Below are positions 9,751-18,924 of a DNA stretch of 64,000 nt, in pieces. Every line of letters begins with the position of its first letter. The stretch's first letter is position 1. The stretch is from a virus. The translations under genes and the position numbers were made by a program. The notes beneath the pieces were generated by a model. That model had not been told where the DNA came from. It searched no databases and was given only the letters and a program-made list of their open reading frames with translations. Location of the stretch: the UHGV virus genome UHGV-0134778. One strand, 5' to 3'.

Positions 9751-10539
9751 ATGGGTCGAGCTAAAGAAACAAAACGCATGCGTGATGAAGCCAAAGAGGC
9801 TCGCAAATCTGATCGTCTGCGTAAGGCTGCTGAGAAATTTGCTGACGAACGAGAGCACACAGCTCCAGCTCTCAGACCAATGAACAAAAAGCAGCAAAAG
9901 TATCTTGATTATCTAGGATCGCGTAAGATTATTATTGTAAACGGTGTGTTTGGATCCGGTAAGACATTCATGGCATCCGCATATGCAGGTGATCTTTTGC
10001 GTAAGAACGAGATTGATAAGATCATTGTTGCACGCCCTTACGTTCAGACAGGAAAGACTTCAGGGTTTAAACCTGGAAACGCAATGCAGAAACTGTGGCC
10101 CTATCTCCGAAGCATGATGGACACGATTTGTCGTCGTGTTGGCAAAGGTGCTTTTGCCGCAATGCTGGGAGATGGTCAGAACAGTCGTATCGAGATCTGT
10201 GAAGTTGAAAGCATTCGTGGTCGTAGTTTCGATGAGCGGTGCTTTGTCCTAATTGACGAGGCACAGCAAACTAACCCTGAAGAAATGTTATCAATTATCA
10301 CAAGGATCTCTGATCAGGCCACACTTGTAATCATGGGTGATAATAGCCAACGTGACATCCCTGGTAAGTCTGGGCTTGCATGGGTAACGGATTTCTTTAC
10401 TCGTCATCCAGATCCTGAGGTTGGGATGATTAGCTTTGATAGTCCAGACGATGTCGTTCGTTCTGGGTTGGGTCGTCAGATCGCACTCAATCTTATTGAG
10501 GATCGTGCAAATCATATTTGGACCCCTGTTTCCGAGTAA
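9751..10539 (+). CDS. phoH: PhoH-like ATPase (262 aa)
   Basis: Walker A GVFGSGKT, Walker B/PhoH box VLIDEAQQTNPEEM ... VIMGDNSQRDIP. Confidence 0.8.
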   Translation: MGRAKETKRMRDEAKEARKSDRLRKAAEKFADEREHTAPALRPMNKKQQKYLDYLGSRKIIIVNGVFGSGKTFMASAYAGDLLRKNEIDKIIVARPYVQTGKTSGFKPGNAMQKLWPYLRSMMDTICRRVGKGAFAAMLGDGQNSRIEICEVESIRGRSFDERCFVLIDEAQQTNPEEMLSIITRISDQATLVIMGDNSQRDIPGKSGLAWVTDFFTRHPDPEVGMISFDSPDDVVRSGLGRQIALNLIEDRANHIWTPVSE

Positions 10540-10543
10540 TACA

Positions 10544-10566
10544 GAAGGGTGGTTATTCCACCCTTA
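10544..10566 (+). terminator. stem-loop after phoH (possible terminator)
   Basis: AAGGGTGG-TTATT-CCACCCTT hairpin; weak U tract. Confidence 0.35.
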
Positions 10567-10583
10567 AATATCTAAAACAGTTG

Positions 10584-10612
10584 TTGACAAATAGGTAAGC
10601 TTTAGATATTAT
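10584..10612 (+). promoter_or_regulatory. sigma70-like promoter
   Basis: TTGACA 10584-10589, 17-nt spacer, TATTAT 10607-10612. Confidence 0.55.
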
Positions 10613-10640
10613 TATCGGACAAAACAGAGAGAAGGACAGT

Positions 10641-10952
10641 ATGGCTACAATACAAGAGAAACTGAATAAAATATACTGCCTGTTTGTCTATAACGGCGAG
10701 ACAATTTTGGCAAATAAGGGATCCAAGAATGTGTGGACCAAGGACAGCGGTGGTAATATAATTAACTTAGCGTTGCTACGTGAGCGCCGACACAGATTCT
10801 TTATCGAGTCTCGAATTATTGAAAGCAGCACTTGCTACAGAACAGGCGATAAAGTAATTGTTGACAATGATACGTGGTATGTGGTAGACTGGCAATCATT
10901 GAGCTGTGATGCTTCTGACAATCGTAAGTATTCCATAGTGATTGCTAAATAA
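10641..10952 (+). CDS. hypothetical protein (103 aa)
   Basis: Co-oriented ORF downstream of promoter. Confidence 0.5.
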   Translation: MATIQEKLNKIYCLFVYNGETILANKGSKNVWTKDSGGNIINLALLRERRHRFFIESRIIESSTCYRTGDKVIVDNDTWYVVDWQSLSCDASDNRKYSIVIAK

Positions 10953-11012
10953 AGGTAAATGTGAATCAGGTTTAAATAAATAGCTTTCAACTTCCAATAT
11001 TAAGGATTTCTC

Positions 11013-12062
11013 ATGAATTTAACACCTCGCAGAACCATGGTACACGGCATGAAAGAAAAACAGAACGGTTTCGAACCTATGAGTAATAAAATGTTTGGTA
11101 TGCCGGGCGGTATCATGGAAACATACAGCTACCCAACACCTGTTGTTGACCACGTTCTTTATATCGACGATTTGGAAGACTTACAAGACCATATGTCTCG
11201 TCTGCAGACGATCCGTATGGCTCAGCCGGAAGAAAGCATTCGGGTGATCATCAATAGCCCTGGGGGTTGCGTGCACATTGCAATGGCTTATCTGCAGGCA
11301 TTCCGAGAGTCTCAGGCAAGCGTTGTCGTACACGCTGAAGGGATGTGCTGCTCAGCAGGAACAATCTTATGGCTGGGTTGCAAAGAACGCACTGTGGCTC
11401 CGGACACAGAATTTATGTTCCACTACTATCAAGGTGGCACTTATGGTAACGGTGTGAACATGAATACTCAGGTCAGCTACTGGAAAAAACGTTTTGAACG
11501 CCTGATTGAAAAATACTACGGTGGGGTGCTGACAGAAGATGAGATCGCATCCATCACAGCTGGCGGTGAAGTGTGGTTGGATGGAGAAGAGCTGGCATCT
11601 AGAACTGGTGCTATCATCTTGGACGATGAAAACATTCAGCGCATTCAGAATGGACAGAAACCGAAAAAGCTTTTGGCAAAAAGAGATGAAGAAGGTGTGT
11701 TAGGTGAGGCAGGCCTTCCAGAGATTCACCAATGCACATCTTTGGACGAGCTGGTTCATGCTGTTGAGTCTGCAAAAGAAAATGGTATGAAAGGTGATGT
11801 TCACACTGTGTTCCTGAATCTACAGATGGAGAGTGGTGAGACCGTTAAGATTGCACTAGGTGAGATTACCTCGGAAGATCTGCAGCGATTCTCTGTGGTA
11901 GAGCTTCAGGACATTTTGTCCCAATTGAAAACTACCCTGAACGGAGGTGAAGAAGTTCAGGTGAAAGATAAGACTCGCAAGCGTCTGGTGGACAATATTA
12001 TTAAAACAGCAAAAGAGCTTAATGAAAAAATCCTGGGCGCAGGAATTGTCGAAGAAGCTTAA
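11013..12062 (+). CDS. ClpP-family serine peptidase-like protein with C-terminal extension (349 aa)
   Basis: ClpP-like motifs INSPGGCV, catalytic-Ser context GMCCSAG, His in FMFHYY; about 150 aa extra C-terminal region. Confidence 0.6.
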   Translation: MNLTPRRTMVHGMKEKQNGFEPMSNKMFGMPGGIMETYSYPTPVVDHVLYIDDLEDLQDHMSRLQTIRMAQPEESIRVIINSPGGCVHIAMAYLQAFRESQASVVVHAEGMCCSAGTILWLGCKERTVAPDTEFMFHYYQGGTYGNGVNMNTQVSYWKKRFERLIEKYYGGVLTEDEIASITAGGEVWLDGEELASRTGAIILDDENIQRIQNGQKPKKLLAKRDEEGVLGEAGLPEIHQCTSLDELVHAVESAKENGMKGDVHTVFLNLQMESGETVKIALGEITSEDLQRFSVVELQDILSQLKTTLNGGEEVQVKDKTRKRLVDNIIKTAKELNEKILGAGIVEEA

Positions 12063-12074
12063 ACATTAATTCTA

Positions 12075-12098
12075 AAGCCCTCTTCGGAGGGCTTTTAT
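12075..12098 (+). terminator. intrinsic terminator
   Basis: AGCCCTC-TTCG-GAGGGCT hairpin followed by TTTTAT. Confidence 0.55.
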
Positions 12099-12113
12099 GA
12101 TCTGGAGATTTGC

Positions 12114-12647
12114 ATGACTTGTGCTAGAAAACCTGACGAACAACGTAACGCCTATGATGAATATGTGACACCAGAGTGGTGTGCAGAAGGGTTGTATGAC
12201 CTCATTCCGTTCCCAGAAGATTGGACCTATTTGGAGCCTTGCAGGAATAGCGCCTCAGGTGTGTTCTACTCCCGTATGCCGTTAGGATCTGCATGGGGAG
12301 AAATCCAAGAAGGTGTTGACTATCTGAATACAGAATACAACCATGTTGACTGTATTATCACCAACCCGCCGTACAGCCTGGCTCGTGAGTTTGTGGACAA
12401 GGCGTTGAAAGATGCCGACGTAGTTATTATGCTTTTGCGTCTTAATTTTCTGGAAAGCAAGGCCAGATTTGAATGGTGGCTTGATAATGCCCCTACCACT
12501 GTGATCACAATATCTAAGCGTCCATCATTCCAATCGAATGGCAGAACTGACGGGCAAGCATATGCATATTTTGTGTGGGACAAGAAGAACCGTTTAGACC
12601 TACCGCCATTTATGTGGTTGGCACCTCCGGAGGCAGACTTGAAATGA
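12114..12647 (+). CDS. dam: phage Dam-type DNA N6-adenine methyltransferase (177 aa)
   Basis: NPPY catalytic motif (CIITNPPYS); N-terminal YVTPEW region typical of small phage Dam proteins. Confidence 0.65.
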   Translation: MTCARKPDEQRNAYDEYVTPEWCAEGLYDLIPFPEDWTYLEPCRNSASGVFYSRMPLGSAWGEIQEGVDYLNTEYNHVDCIITNPPYSLAREFVDKALKDADVVIMLLRLNFLESKARFEWWLDNAPTTVITISKRPSFQSNGRTDGQAYAYFVWDKKNRLDLPPFMWLAPPEADLK

Positions 12648-12928
12648 AAATGAGTGCTAAGGACAAGTTGCACCAGTTAGCGCTAAAACGTCCTGTAACT
12701 CTCCCTGACGAGCTTAACTCCATTTATGATGCGATTGTAGGGGAGATACAAAATAAGGCGTTAGCAGGCTTTCTGGGATGCGGATTTTCGATAAATCTTC
12801 CATCACACCTCTCAGACTACTTACCACACATCGTTGGGGATTTGAGGGCAGGAGGTCTGCAGGTGGATGTTGTTGGCATCTCCCCGGAGAAAAATAACAC
12901 AGTTGCCTACTTGACAGTGACCTGGTAG
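12644..12928 (+). CDS. hypothetical protein (track ORF 12575..12928 trimmed)
   Basis: ATG at 12644 overlaps dam stop (ATGA); GGAGG upstream. Confidence 0.5.
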   Translation: MKMSAKDKLHQLALKRPVTLPDELNSIYDAIVGEIQNKALAGFLGCGFSINLPSHLSDYLPHIVGDLRAGGLQVDVVGISPEKNNTVAYLTVTW

Positions 12929-12930
12929 TA

Positions 12931-13203
12931 GTGTATTTTGTTTTCAACAAGAGGGGGTCATCTATGTATAAGTCATTTTCAATCTACTCAAGACAGACAA
13001 AACACTACACAGAGATTCTGATCACTCAGAAAAAATCTGTGGAAGGTGAGTGGGAATATCATCATAAAATGTTGCGTCCAGACTGGGTTTTTGACAGGCT
13101 TATTGCTATGATCCCTCTTGGAGAAGTATACCCTCTGACAGGTCATAGGGATGCTTGGGATTTAATTGACTATATAGATTCATTTAAGGAGCCTAGATTA
13201 TGA
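12931..13203 (+). CDS. hypothetical protein (90 aa)
   Basis: Co-oriented packed ORF. Confidence 0.5.
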   Translation: MYFVFNKRGSSMYKSFSIYSRQTKHYTEILITQKKSVEGEWEYHHKMLRPDWVFDRLIAMIPLGEVYPLTGHRDAWDLIDYIDSFKEPRL

Positions 13204-13598
13204 AGATTGAGATTACTGAAGAAGGTAAGAAAGTCTCTGGTAACTATGCAACAGTTATCCGTGATGTAATGTTCGAAGTCACTAAGATTGGCACATCCAA
13301 GGTTGGTCAAACGGTGAGTGTGCAAGGTAATATCACCTCAGGAGAGAAGATATTCATCGTAATAAAAGGCCAGGACCCTGTAGAAGGGACAGTTGGACGT
13401 GGCGGATACCTGTGTATCTCTGAAGAGCCTCGCATGCTAGTTGCTGATAACTCTACAGGTAAAAAGCGGGTATGTAACACGGACGAGGTGATGATTATCT
13501 ATCCAGTCAACCCGGATGATCCGGCAACATGGATTGTGGGAAATGAAATCTTCTCTTTAGAAGAGTTATCCTTCCCAGCTCCGCGATCTGTTCAGTAA
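13200..13598 (+). CDS. hypothetical protein (132 aa)
   Basis: Co-oriented packed ORF, start overlaps previous stop. Confidence 0.55.
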   Translation: MKIEITEEGKKVSGNYATVIRDVMFEVTKIGTSKVGQTVSVQGNITSGEKIFIVIKGQDPVEGTVGRGGYLCISEEPRMLVADNSTGKKRVCNTDEVMIIYPVNPDDPATWIVGNEIFSLEELSFPAPRSVQ

Positions 13599-13637
13599 TA
13601 ATTTATCTTACCAGGGACGGTAAAAGTAGGAGGTAGC

Positions 13638-13871
13638 ATGAAAGTTAAATTTCTTACAGATTTAGGGTACCCTTCCTTGGTTGACTGTGTTGGTAAAATT
13701 GTGGAAGCAAAACGGCTATCTGCAAACGATAATGTTGTCATGGTTAAGGGAAAAGATTTACTAGCTGCAGGTGCAGAGTCTGGCAGGATCTCTCCTGACT
13801 ATACGTATTACCTGTCTTTAAGTAATCTACCAGAACGAGGCGGCAAAGGCCTTGAAGTTGTGGAGGAGTGA
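13638..13871 (+). CDS. hypothetical small acidic protein, 'VEVVEE-tail' paralog family
   Basis: MKVKFL...GKDLLAAGA...GLEVVEE; paralogous to 17196, 17413, 18925, 19287, 19555, 20359. Confidence 0.6.
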   Translation: MKVKFLTDLGYPSLVDCVGKIVEAKRLSANDNVVMVKGKDLLAAGAESGRISPDYTYYLSLSNLPERGGKGLEVVEE

Positions 13872-13876
13872 CAGGT

Positions 13877-14413
13877 ATGCTTCTGATTAACTGGGAAGAC
13901 CTCTATGGGGACAAAGACCCTGTTGCGTTTGTTGATCGTAGGTGGAGGTACACTGAAGAACAACTGGCTGCAAAAAATTTAACTGCAAAACGCAGAAAGA
14001 TCATCCAGTGCAAGTACAAATACGCACAGTTTGCTGCAAAAGTGTCTCCACAAATCGAGAGTTTTGTACTTAAATTGTATGACGAGTACCTCAAATTCAA
14101 ATTGGATTTTGTACAGGTATACCGTGCACAGGTACGTCCAGATACCAACATCTGTAGATGGAAGGTTGTTTGTGATGGTAAAGATTTGCCGCTCAGTTTG
14201 ACAATTGAGTGGCGTTGGGGGTATCATGAGTGCGGTTTGTATGATATTTGGGATGTCATTGTAGATCCTGCTAAGTACCTGAACACAGAGGAGCTGGAAT
14301 ATATCAATAAGGTTATTCTAGATATGTTTTTCAGCTACACCCATGAAAACTCTGAGAAAGAACGGGATAATTTTCTTGACACCCTCGGCAACCACCTGCA
14401 GTGTACAATTTAA
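13877..14413 (+). CDS. hypothetical protein (track ORF 13868..14413)
   Basis: ATG at 13877 with GGAGG upstream. Confidence 0.5.
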   Translation: MLLINWEDLYGDKDPVAFVDRRWRYTEEQLAAKNLTAKRRKIIQCKYKYAQFAAKVSPQIESFVLKLYDEYLKFKLDFVQVYRAQVRPDTNICRWKVVCDGKDLPLSLTIEWRWGYHECGLYDIWDVIVDPAKYLNTEELEYINKVILDMFFSYTHENSEKERDNFLDTLGNHLQCTI

Positions 14414-14431
14414 CCTACAAAGGAGGAGCCA

Positions 14432-14635
14432 ATGAGTATAGATGCTGTGCTGATAGGTTACCTGGTAGTAGCTGTTATAACAGCAGTAATCTTGGCAGGT
14501 ATATGCATCGTGTCTACCCGAAGGGTGAAGTTTGATGATTTTATCACCATCATCACTGCTGCGCCCTTTTGGCCTGTTGTTATCTTCATCGTAATAATGT
14601 GCCTAGTTGATTACCACAAGAATATCCGTAAGTAG
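14432..14635 (+). CDS. hypothetical small membrane protein (67 aa)
   Basis: Strongly hydrophobic throughout. Confidence 0.5.
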   Translation: MSIDAVLIGYLVVAVITAVILAGICIVSTRRVKFDDFITIITAAPFWPVVIFIVIMCLVDYHKNIRK

Positions 14636-14887
14636 AAAAAGGAGAGTAGGGATGGATACCGCACCTAAAACTGTTTATACTGTTCTTAAAGAGATTGCAT
14701 TCTACGCAGATCTTAGCCGGGCACCTTTATGGGAAAAGAATATGTATTTAAAATGGTGCGTGAAATTAGGGGGGCCTTCTAATGTTTCAAGCCATGTTTA
14801 TTGAAATGCTCTCTGGGGTATTACTGCTGGTAGCCATTTTAGGTGGCGCGGCGCTGATGTATAATTATCTTGAAAAAGGGGACAGTA

Positions 14888-15073
14888 ATGACAAAAAATA
14901 AATCCTTAGAACAGGCTGAAAACCTTCTCCACGAGCTGGTAAAGGAGTGGAAAGTTGAATACTCAGATTTTAATGCAAGAGAGGGGGAAGATTATTGGCC
15001 TACGGAGCGCTCAGAGGGAGAGTGGTATCAAGATTTCATAGAATGGCTATATCAGACGTGCGATGAGGGGTGA
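14888..15073 (+). CDS. hypothetical protein (track ORF 14870..15073 trimmed to ATG)
   Basis: ATG at 14888 preceded by AAAGGGGA. Confidence 0.45.
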   Translation: MTKNKSLEQAENLLHELVKEWKVEYSDFNAREGEDYWPTERSEGEWYQDFIEWLYQTCDEG

Positions 15074-15531
15074 CGATGTTTGTTAAATATGTAAAAACGT
15101 GCCTCAACAACCTTGGTAGAGAGCATTGGTACACACTGCTTGAAAAAGGAGAAATTTTAACAAAATCTGGAAAGATAACTTTGATACCTTTGGACGATAA
15201 AGACCCGTCACTACTTGTCATAGATGATTACGTTACAGGTGTGTCGTACGAGGTATCTGTGGAGAGGTTAATACGCAGATCTGGAGGTCCTTATGACCGA
15301 AGAGAGTATGTTTTCGATTCCGTTACAGAGAAGGAAGATCCGTCTCTAATGTTTAGGATGGTAATCAGGGATATGAAATCATCTATAAATAGGATCGTAA
15401 AGGACATTAAGGAGCCTTTTAGGGTAAAAGTTAAGAAGTTTTTTGATTCTAAGATCAACATACTTGCAGTTGTGCTAGGCGTAATTCAACTTCTGTTAAT
15501 TTTGCACTATTTTGAACTGTTGTTTAAGTAA
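15070..15531 (+). CDS. hypothetical protein (153 aa), hydrophobic C-terminus
   Basis: Co-oriented ORF with ATGA overlap. Confidence 0.5.
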   Translation: MTMFVKYVKTCLNNLGREHWYTLLEKGEILTKSGKITLIPLDDKDPSLLVIDDYVTGVSYEVSVERLIRRSGGPYDRREYVFDSVTEKEDPSLMFRMVIRDMKSSINRIVKDIKEPFRVKVKKFFDSKINILAVVLGVIQLLLILHYFELLFK

Positions 15532-15591
15532 TGTGCATTATGGCACAAAGGATGTGCCATAACTAAATAAACTAAGAAAGAGGTAGAGAGA

Positions 15592-15939
15592 ATGTCAAAG
15601 ATTAAATCGATATTAATGTGGGTGGCTGTTGTAGCTTTTGTAGGATACTGGACTTGGGAAACTGAATTAAAAGATATTGGGTATACCAGTCTTGAGAGTA
15701 AGGCGTGCATTGGCATAACCGATGCATTCAGGCAGAATGCTATGGATCACGAATGTGTCGATGCAGATATAGATGAGAAACTGTCTAAGGACAAAGATTT
15801 TTACCATGGTCATGCCTTGCTTGATAGTGGTGATACTGTAGAATTCTGGTCGTGGTTCCGTGAAGATGGGACAATAAAGACAGCAGTAAAGATTTCCAAC
15901 AAAGAGTTGATGCTGTTGCAGCAGAAGGAGGTGCAATGA
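15592..15939 (+). CDS. hypothetical protein with N-terminal transmembrane segment (115 aa)
   Basis: N-terminal hydrophobic helix ILMWVAVVAFVGYW; AGAGGTAGAGAG RBS. Confidence 0.5.
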   Translation: MSKIKSILMWVAVVAFVGYWTWETELKDIGYTSLESKACIGITDAFRQNAMDHECVDADIDEKLSKDKDFYHGHALLDSGDTVEFWSWFREDGTIKTAVKISNKELMLLQQKEVQ

Positions 15940-16205
15940 TCTGGATATCCTACGCTGATGGCACCATGCTGTATACTGCAGGTACTAGATATGAAGTTAA
16001 GGAGGACGATAAAAAATTTATCGTAAAAACATTTGACAAGGACGACAACCTTTTGCTAGAATTGACTTACAAGGTTGGGGATGTATCTAGCATCCAATTG
16101 GATTGCGGTCATAAAGATAACCCGCTCAAGAAACCTGGGGTAGGTAAAGCTTCAGAAGAACGCCTGTCTCGTATTGCAGAAAGCGTTTCTGCACAAAAAA
16201 TCTAA
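15936..16205 (+). CDS. hypothetical protein (89 aa)
   Basis: Overlapping start/stop with previous gene. Confidence 0.5.
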   Translation: MIWISYADGTMLYTAGTRYEVKEDDKKFIVKTFDKDDNLLLELTYKVGDVSSIQLDCGHKDNPLKKPGVGKASEERLSRIAESVSAQKI

Positions 16206-16220
16206 AAAGGGGACTAGAAA

Positions 16221-16415
16221 ATGAAAAACTTACATTTTAACACTTATTACTACAACACTTTGAATGATTTGTATTATATTGTTCGAAGTAAAAATCCTGA
16301 AACAGTCCTATTCTGCCGCGAACCTTTCAAAGGAGAGGAAGTGGAGTCTGAGATGAATGTTAGCCAGATTACCTCTTTGTTGCTCTCAGGTGCAATGGAA
16401 GAAGCAATATTCTAA
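16221..16415 (+). CDS. hypothetical protein (64 aa)
   Basis: Co-oriented packed ORF. Confidence 0.45.
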   Translation: MKNLHFNTYYYNTLNDLYYIVRSKNPETVLFCREPFKGEEVESEMNVSQITSLLLSGAMEEAIF

Positions 16416-16433
16416 ACCAGGCGGGAGGGTTTT

Positions 16434-16622
16434 ATGAAGCACTATTGTCTGTCTGGTAGGATGGGGGTGGATTGTGATTGGGTTTTCTTAAAACTTGTCA
16501 GCGTTCGAGAGTCCATCCCAGAGGAAGAGCAAGAAAGCGAGCTGATGTCATGGATCAACCATTACGGTAACACTTTTCGGCATGTTAAGGTAGAAGAGTT
16601 GCCAAGCGAGGCTGAATTATGA
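16434..16622 (+). CDS. hypothetical protein (62 aa)
   Basis: Co-oriented packed ORF. Confidence 0.45.
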   Translation: MKHYCLSGRMGVDCDWVFLKLVSVRESIPEEEQESELMSWINHYGNTFRHVKVEELPSEAEL

Positions 16623-16915
16623 AACTTTTTGAGTGGTTTAAAAAGTTTAAATATAAAGCTGTAGCCATCGTGCCGTGGTCCATTCAGTGGGTTGATGAAG
16701 GTGGTCTACCGATACCTGGTGACAAAGATACTGGGTACTGGATTATGATGGAGAACGGGTTTGGAAAGCGAAAGTATACGTGCACAAACTCTACTCGATC
16801 TGCACTTAATAGAGTGCCTGGTTACAAACTTATGGTTGTGTGGAAAATGTCAGGCGTGCCTCCAGCCAATGCTCAATTTCTTACTGACAATCCGACCACG
16901 GTAGAGGGAGATTGA
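16619..16915 (+). CDS. hypothetical protein (98 aa)
   Basis: ATGA overlap with previous gene. Confidence 0.5.
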   Translation: MKLFEWFKKFKYKAVAIVPWSIQWVDEGGLPIPGDKDTGYWIMMENGFGKRKYTCTNSTRSALNRVPGYKLMVVWKMSGVPPANAQFLTDNPTTVEGD

Positions 16916-17199
16916 TAATGAAAAAGATTAACAGTAGTGAAGTAGAGTTTAAACTTGTCGGAAAAGGCACTTACTGGGAAGTTCGTCAAAAGGTATATTT
17001 GTTCGGTCTTATTCCCTACTGGTCTAAATTCTACTGGGGAGCTAACGAGTTGGGAAGATACGCCACCAAATCAATGGCACTTATTGGTATAGCAGAGTAC
17101 ATTGCAGCCCGAGACAGGGTTGGAACCACTTATTACTACACTGCTGACGATATTCGTAACAGTGTTTACGTCCCACAACCACCTGATGGAGACCGTTGA
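16912..17199 (+). CDS. hypothetical protein (95 aa)
   Basis: ATGA overlap with previous gene. Confidence 0.5.
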   Translation: MIMKKINSSEVEFKLVGKGTYWEVRQKVYLFGLIPYWSKFYWGANELGRYATKSMALIGIAEYIAARDRVGTTYYYTADDIRNSVYVPQPPDGDR

Positions 17200-17423
17200 T
17201 GAAAGTTAAAGTTTTAGATTCAAGCTTCTATATTGGTCAGGAGCCTTTAGTAGGAAAAGTGTTTACTGCTGTCCCTAACGAAGATTACCCTGACCTTTTA
17301 AAAATAAAAGGAGCAGATCTTATTGCCGCTGGTGCATCTCAGGAATGCTTTGACAGTCAGTGGACCTATAACTTTGCCCTAGGTGAGGATGTAGAGGTAG
17401 TGGAGGACGATCATGAAGGTTAA
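17196..17423 (+). CDS. hypothetical small acidic protein, 'VEVVEE-tail' paralog
   Basis: MMKVKVLDS...GADLIAAGA...EDVEVVEDDHEG. Confidence 0.6.
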   Translation: MMKVKVLDSSFYIGQEPLVGKVFTAVPNEDYPDLLKIKGADLIAAGASQECFDSQWTYNFALGEDVEVVEDDHEG

Positions 17424-17667
17424 AATTCTTGATTCTAACGTCTACTTGGGACAATCCTTCCTGAATGGAAAGGTCGTTCCTGCGGTATACTTTGAAGGGT
17501 TGCCGTGGGATGATCCTGTGCGGCAACATCACAGTTATGTAGGCCACAACGTGGTGTTTATCTTGGGATCAGACCTGATCACCGCTGGTGCACCTGAATA
17601 TTATTTCGGGGAAGAGTCCTACTATGCCTTTGGGGTAGGGTCAGATGCAGATATTGTAGAGCTGTGA
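17413..17667 (+). CDS. hypothetical small acidic protein, 'VEVVEE-tail' paralog
   Basis: MKVKILDSNVYLGQ...SDLITAGAP...SDADIVEL. Confidence 0.6.
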   Translation: MKVKILDSNVYLGQSFLNGKVVPAVYFEGLPWDDPVRQHHSYVGHNVVFILGSDLITAGAPEYYFGEESYYAFGVGSDADIVEL

Positions 17668-17679
17668 TGGGTAACCGTT

Positions 17680-18078
17680 GTGAAAAATAAACTGTTTAAA
17701 GTTACAATGAAAATTCGCGGAGCTTGGAGCGTAAAGCAAGGGCGCATCCCAGAGTTTGAGAAAGACTTCTACGTAGTCTCCACCTCTGAAGAGGCTGCAT
17801 GCTGGCAGGCTGGATATGCCTATGCAAGAACCTGGTACGAAGGATACCAGACTGGAGGCTATGACGGAGAAATTGTCAGCAAGGGTGTGGAAGAAATTAA
17901 TGTGTTGACAAGTGAAAAAGTTTTTGTTATAGTGCATCCTGATTCTAGAGTGAAGCATTACTGGAATGCCAGAACAAAAACCTGGACACCGTTTGCAGAT
18001 TCTGCTACACCGCTTTTAAACCAGAAAGCTCTTGACTCTGCCCCAAGCTATGGGGTTGTTGAAGAAAAGATAAGCTGA
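17680..18078 (+). CDS. hypothetical protein (132 aa), paralog of 19887..20282
   Basis: Shared pattern HPxS...YW...WTP...L with 19887..20282. Confidence 0.6.
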   Translation: MKNKLFKVTMKIRGAWSVKQGRIPEFEKDFYVVSTSEEAACWQAGYAYARTWYEGYQTGGYDGEIVSKGVEEINVLTSEKVFVIVHPDSRVKHYWNARTKTWTPFADSATPLLNQKALDSAPSYGVVEEKIS

Positions 18079-18095
18079 AATAGTGGGGTACTTAC

Positions 18096-18386
18096 ATGAT
18101 GGATTTAGTTTTGGACACTGATAACACCGAATCGTTTAAAAAAGATGGTGTAATAAGCATGGACCAACCCTGCCATGCCAAGATTGACTCAAAATGGACC
18201 TACAAGTTTGACGGTGAGATCTTCGCAAATGATGAGAAGGTCGTGGATGCTGTAGCCATTTTAAACGCTTTAGGGTATGACCCTGTGAACTCATTGATCA
18301 AGGATCCTGTTGAGTTTGCAGAGTATGTTCGTAAAATGGCAGATCTTGCAGTAGATATTTTAAAAACTATCGACGACAAGCTGTAA
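18096..18386 (+). CDS. hypothetical protein (96 aa)
   Basis: Co-oriented ORF. Confidence 0.5.
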   Translation: MMDLVLDTDNTESFKKDGVISMDQPCHAKIDSKWTYKFDGEIFANDEKVVDAVAILNALGYDPVNSLIKDPVEFAEYVRKMADLAVDILKTIDDKL

Positions 18387-18392
18387 AAACTG

Positions 18393-18421
18393 TTGACACA
18401 ACACTTGATCTTTAGTATCAT
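18393..18421 (+). promoter_or_regulatory. sigma70-like promoter upstream of hpf
   Basis: TTGACA 18393-18398, 17-nt spacer, TATCAT 18416-18421; followed by stem-loop AGAGGG-TTTGGTT-CCCTCT. Confidence 0.55.
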
Positions 18422-18468
18422 TATTTTCAAAGAGGGTTTGGTTCCCTCTTCTTTAAAAGGAGCACGTT

Positions 18469-18786
18469 ATGCAGATTGAAATCACTGGCAACGTAGAGAT
18501 CACTGAAGGTATGGTGTCTTTCATTTCCCACAAAATGTCCAAACTGGAGCGTTTGCACCCATCTGCCAACTATGCACGTGTGAGTGTAAAAGTTGAAAAT
18601 GATCACCAGGAAGTTATGGCTTTTATTTTTGACAATTCTGGGAAAGAAGTTATCGCCAAAGCTAAAGGTAGCGATGCTTACGAGGCAACTGACCGTATGG
18701 TGGATGTTGCAGCACGCCAGTTGGCTAAATGCGGTGGAAAGAAAGGTAAGGGAAAAGGTAAAGTAAAGATTGACTTTTTAGATTAA
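18469..18786 (+). CDS. hpf: ribosome hibernation promoting factor / ribosome-associated inhibitor homolog (105 aa)
   Basis: Close match by eye to bacterial HPF/YfiA: MQIEITGNVEITEGM...KLERL...VSVKVEN...AKAKGSDAYEATDRMVDVAARQLAK. Confidence 0.7.
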   Translation: MQIEITGNVEITEGMVSFISHKMSKLERLHPSANYARVSVKVENDHQEVMAFIFDNSGKEVIAKAKGSDAYEATDRMVDVAARQLAKCGGKKGKGKGKVKIDFLD

Positions 18787-18795
18787 GGTGCTACA

Positions 18796-18897
18796 ATGGG
18801 CATGATTAAGAAATTAGTCCCAAATGTAGAGATTGCATGCTTTGAAATTATGTTTGCAATCGCAGTTGTAGTTAATGTGTTAGGTTACGGCTATTAA
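18796..18897 (+). CDS. small hydrophobic peptide (33 aa), below track cutoff
   Basis: AAGGTG RBS; MGMIKKLVPNVEIACFEIMFAIAVVVNVLGYGY. Confidence 0.35.
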   Translation: MGMIKKLVPNVEIACFEIMFAIAVVVNVLGYGY

Positions 18898-18924
18898 TTA
18901 TCAAATAATTGAGGAGACCTCTAA

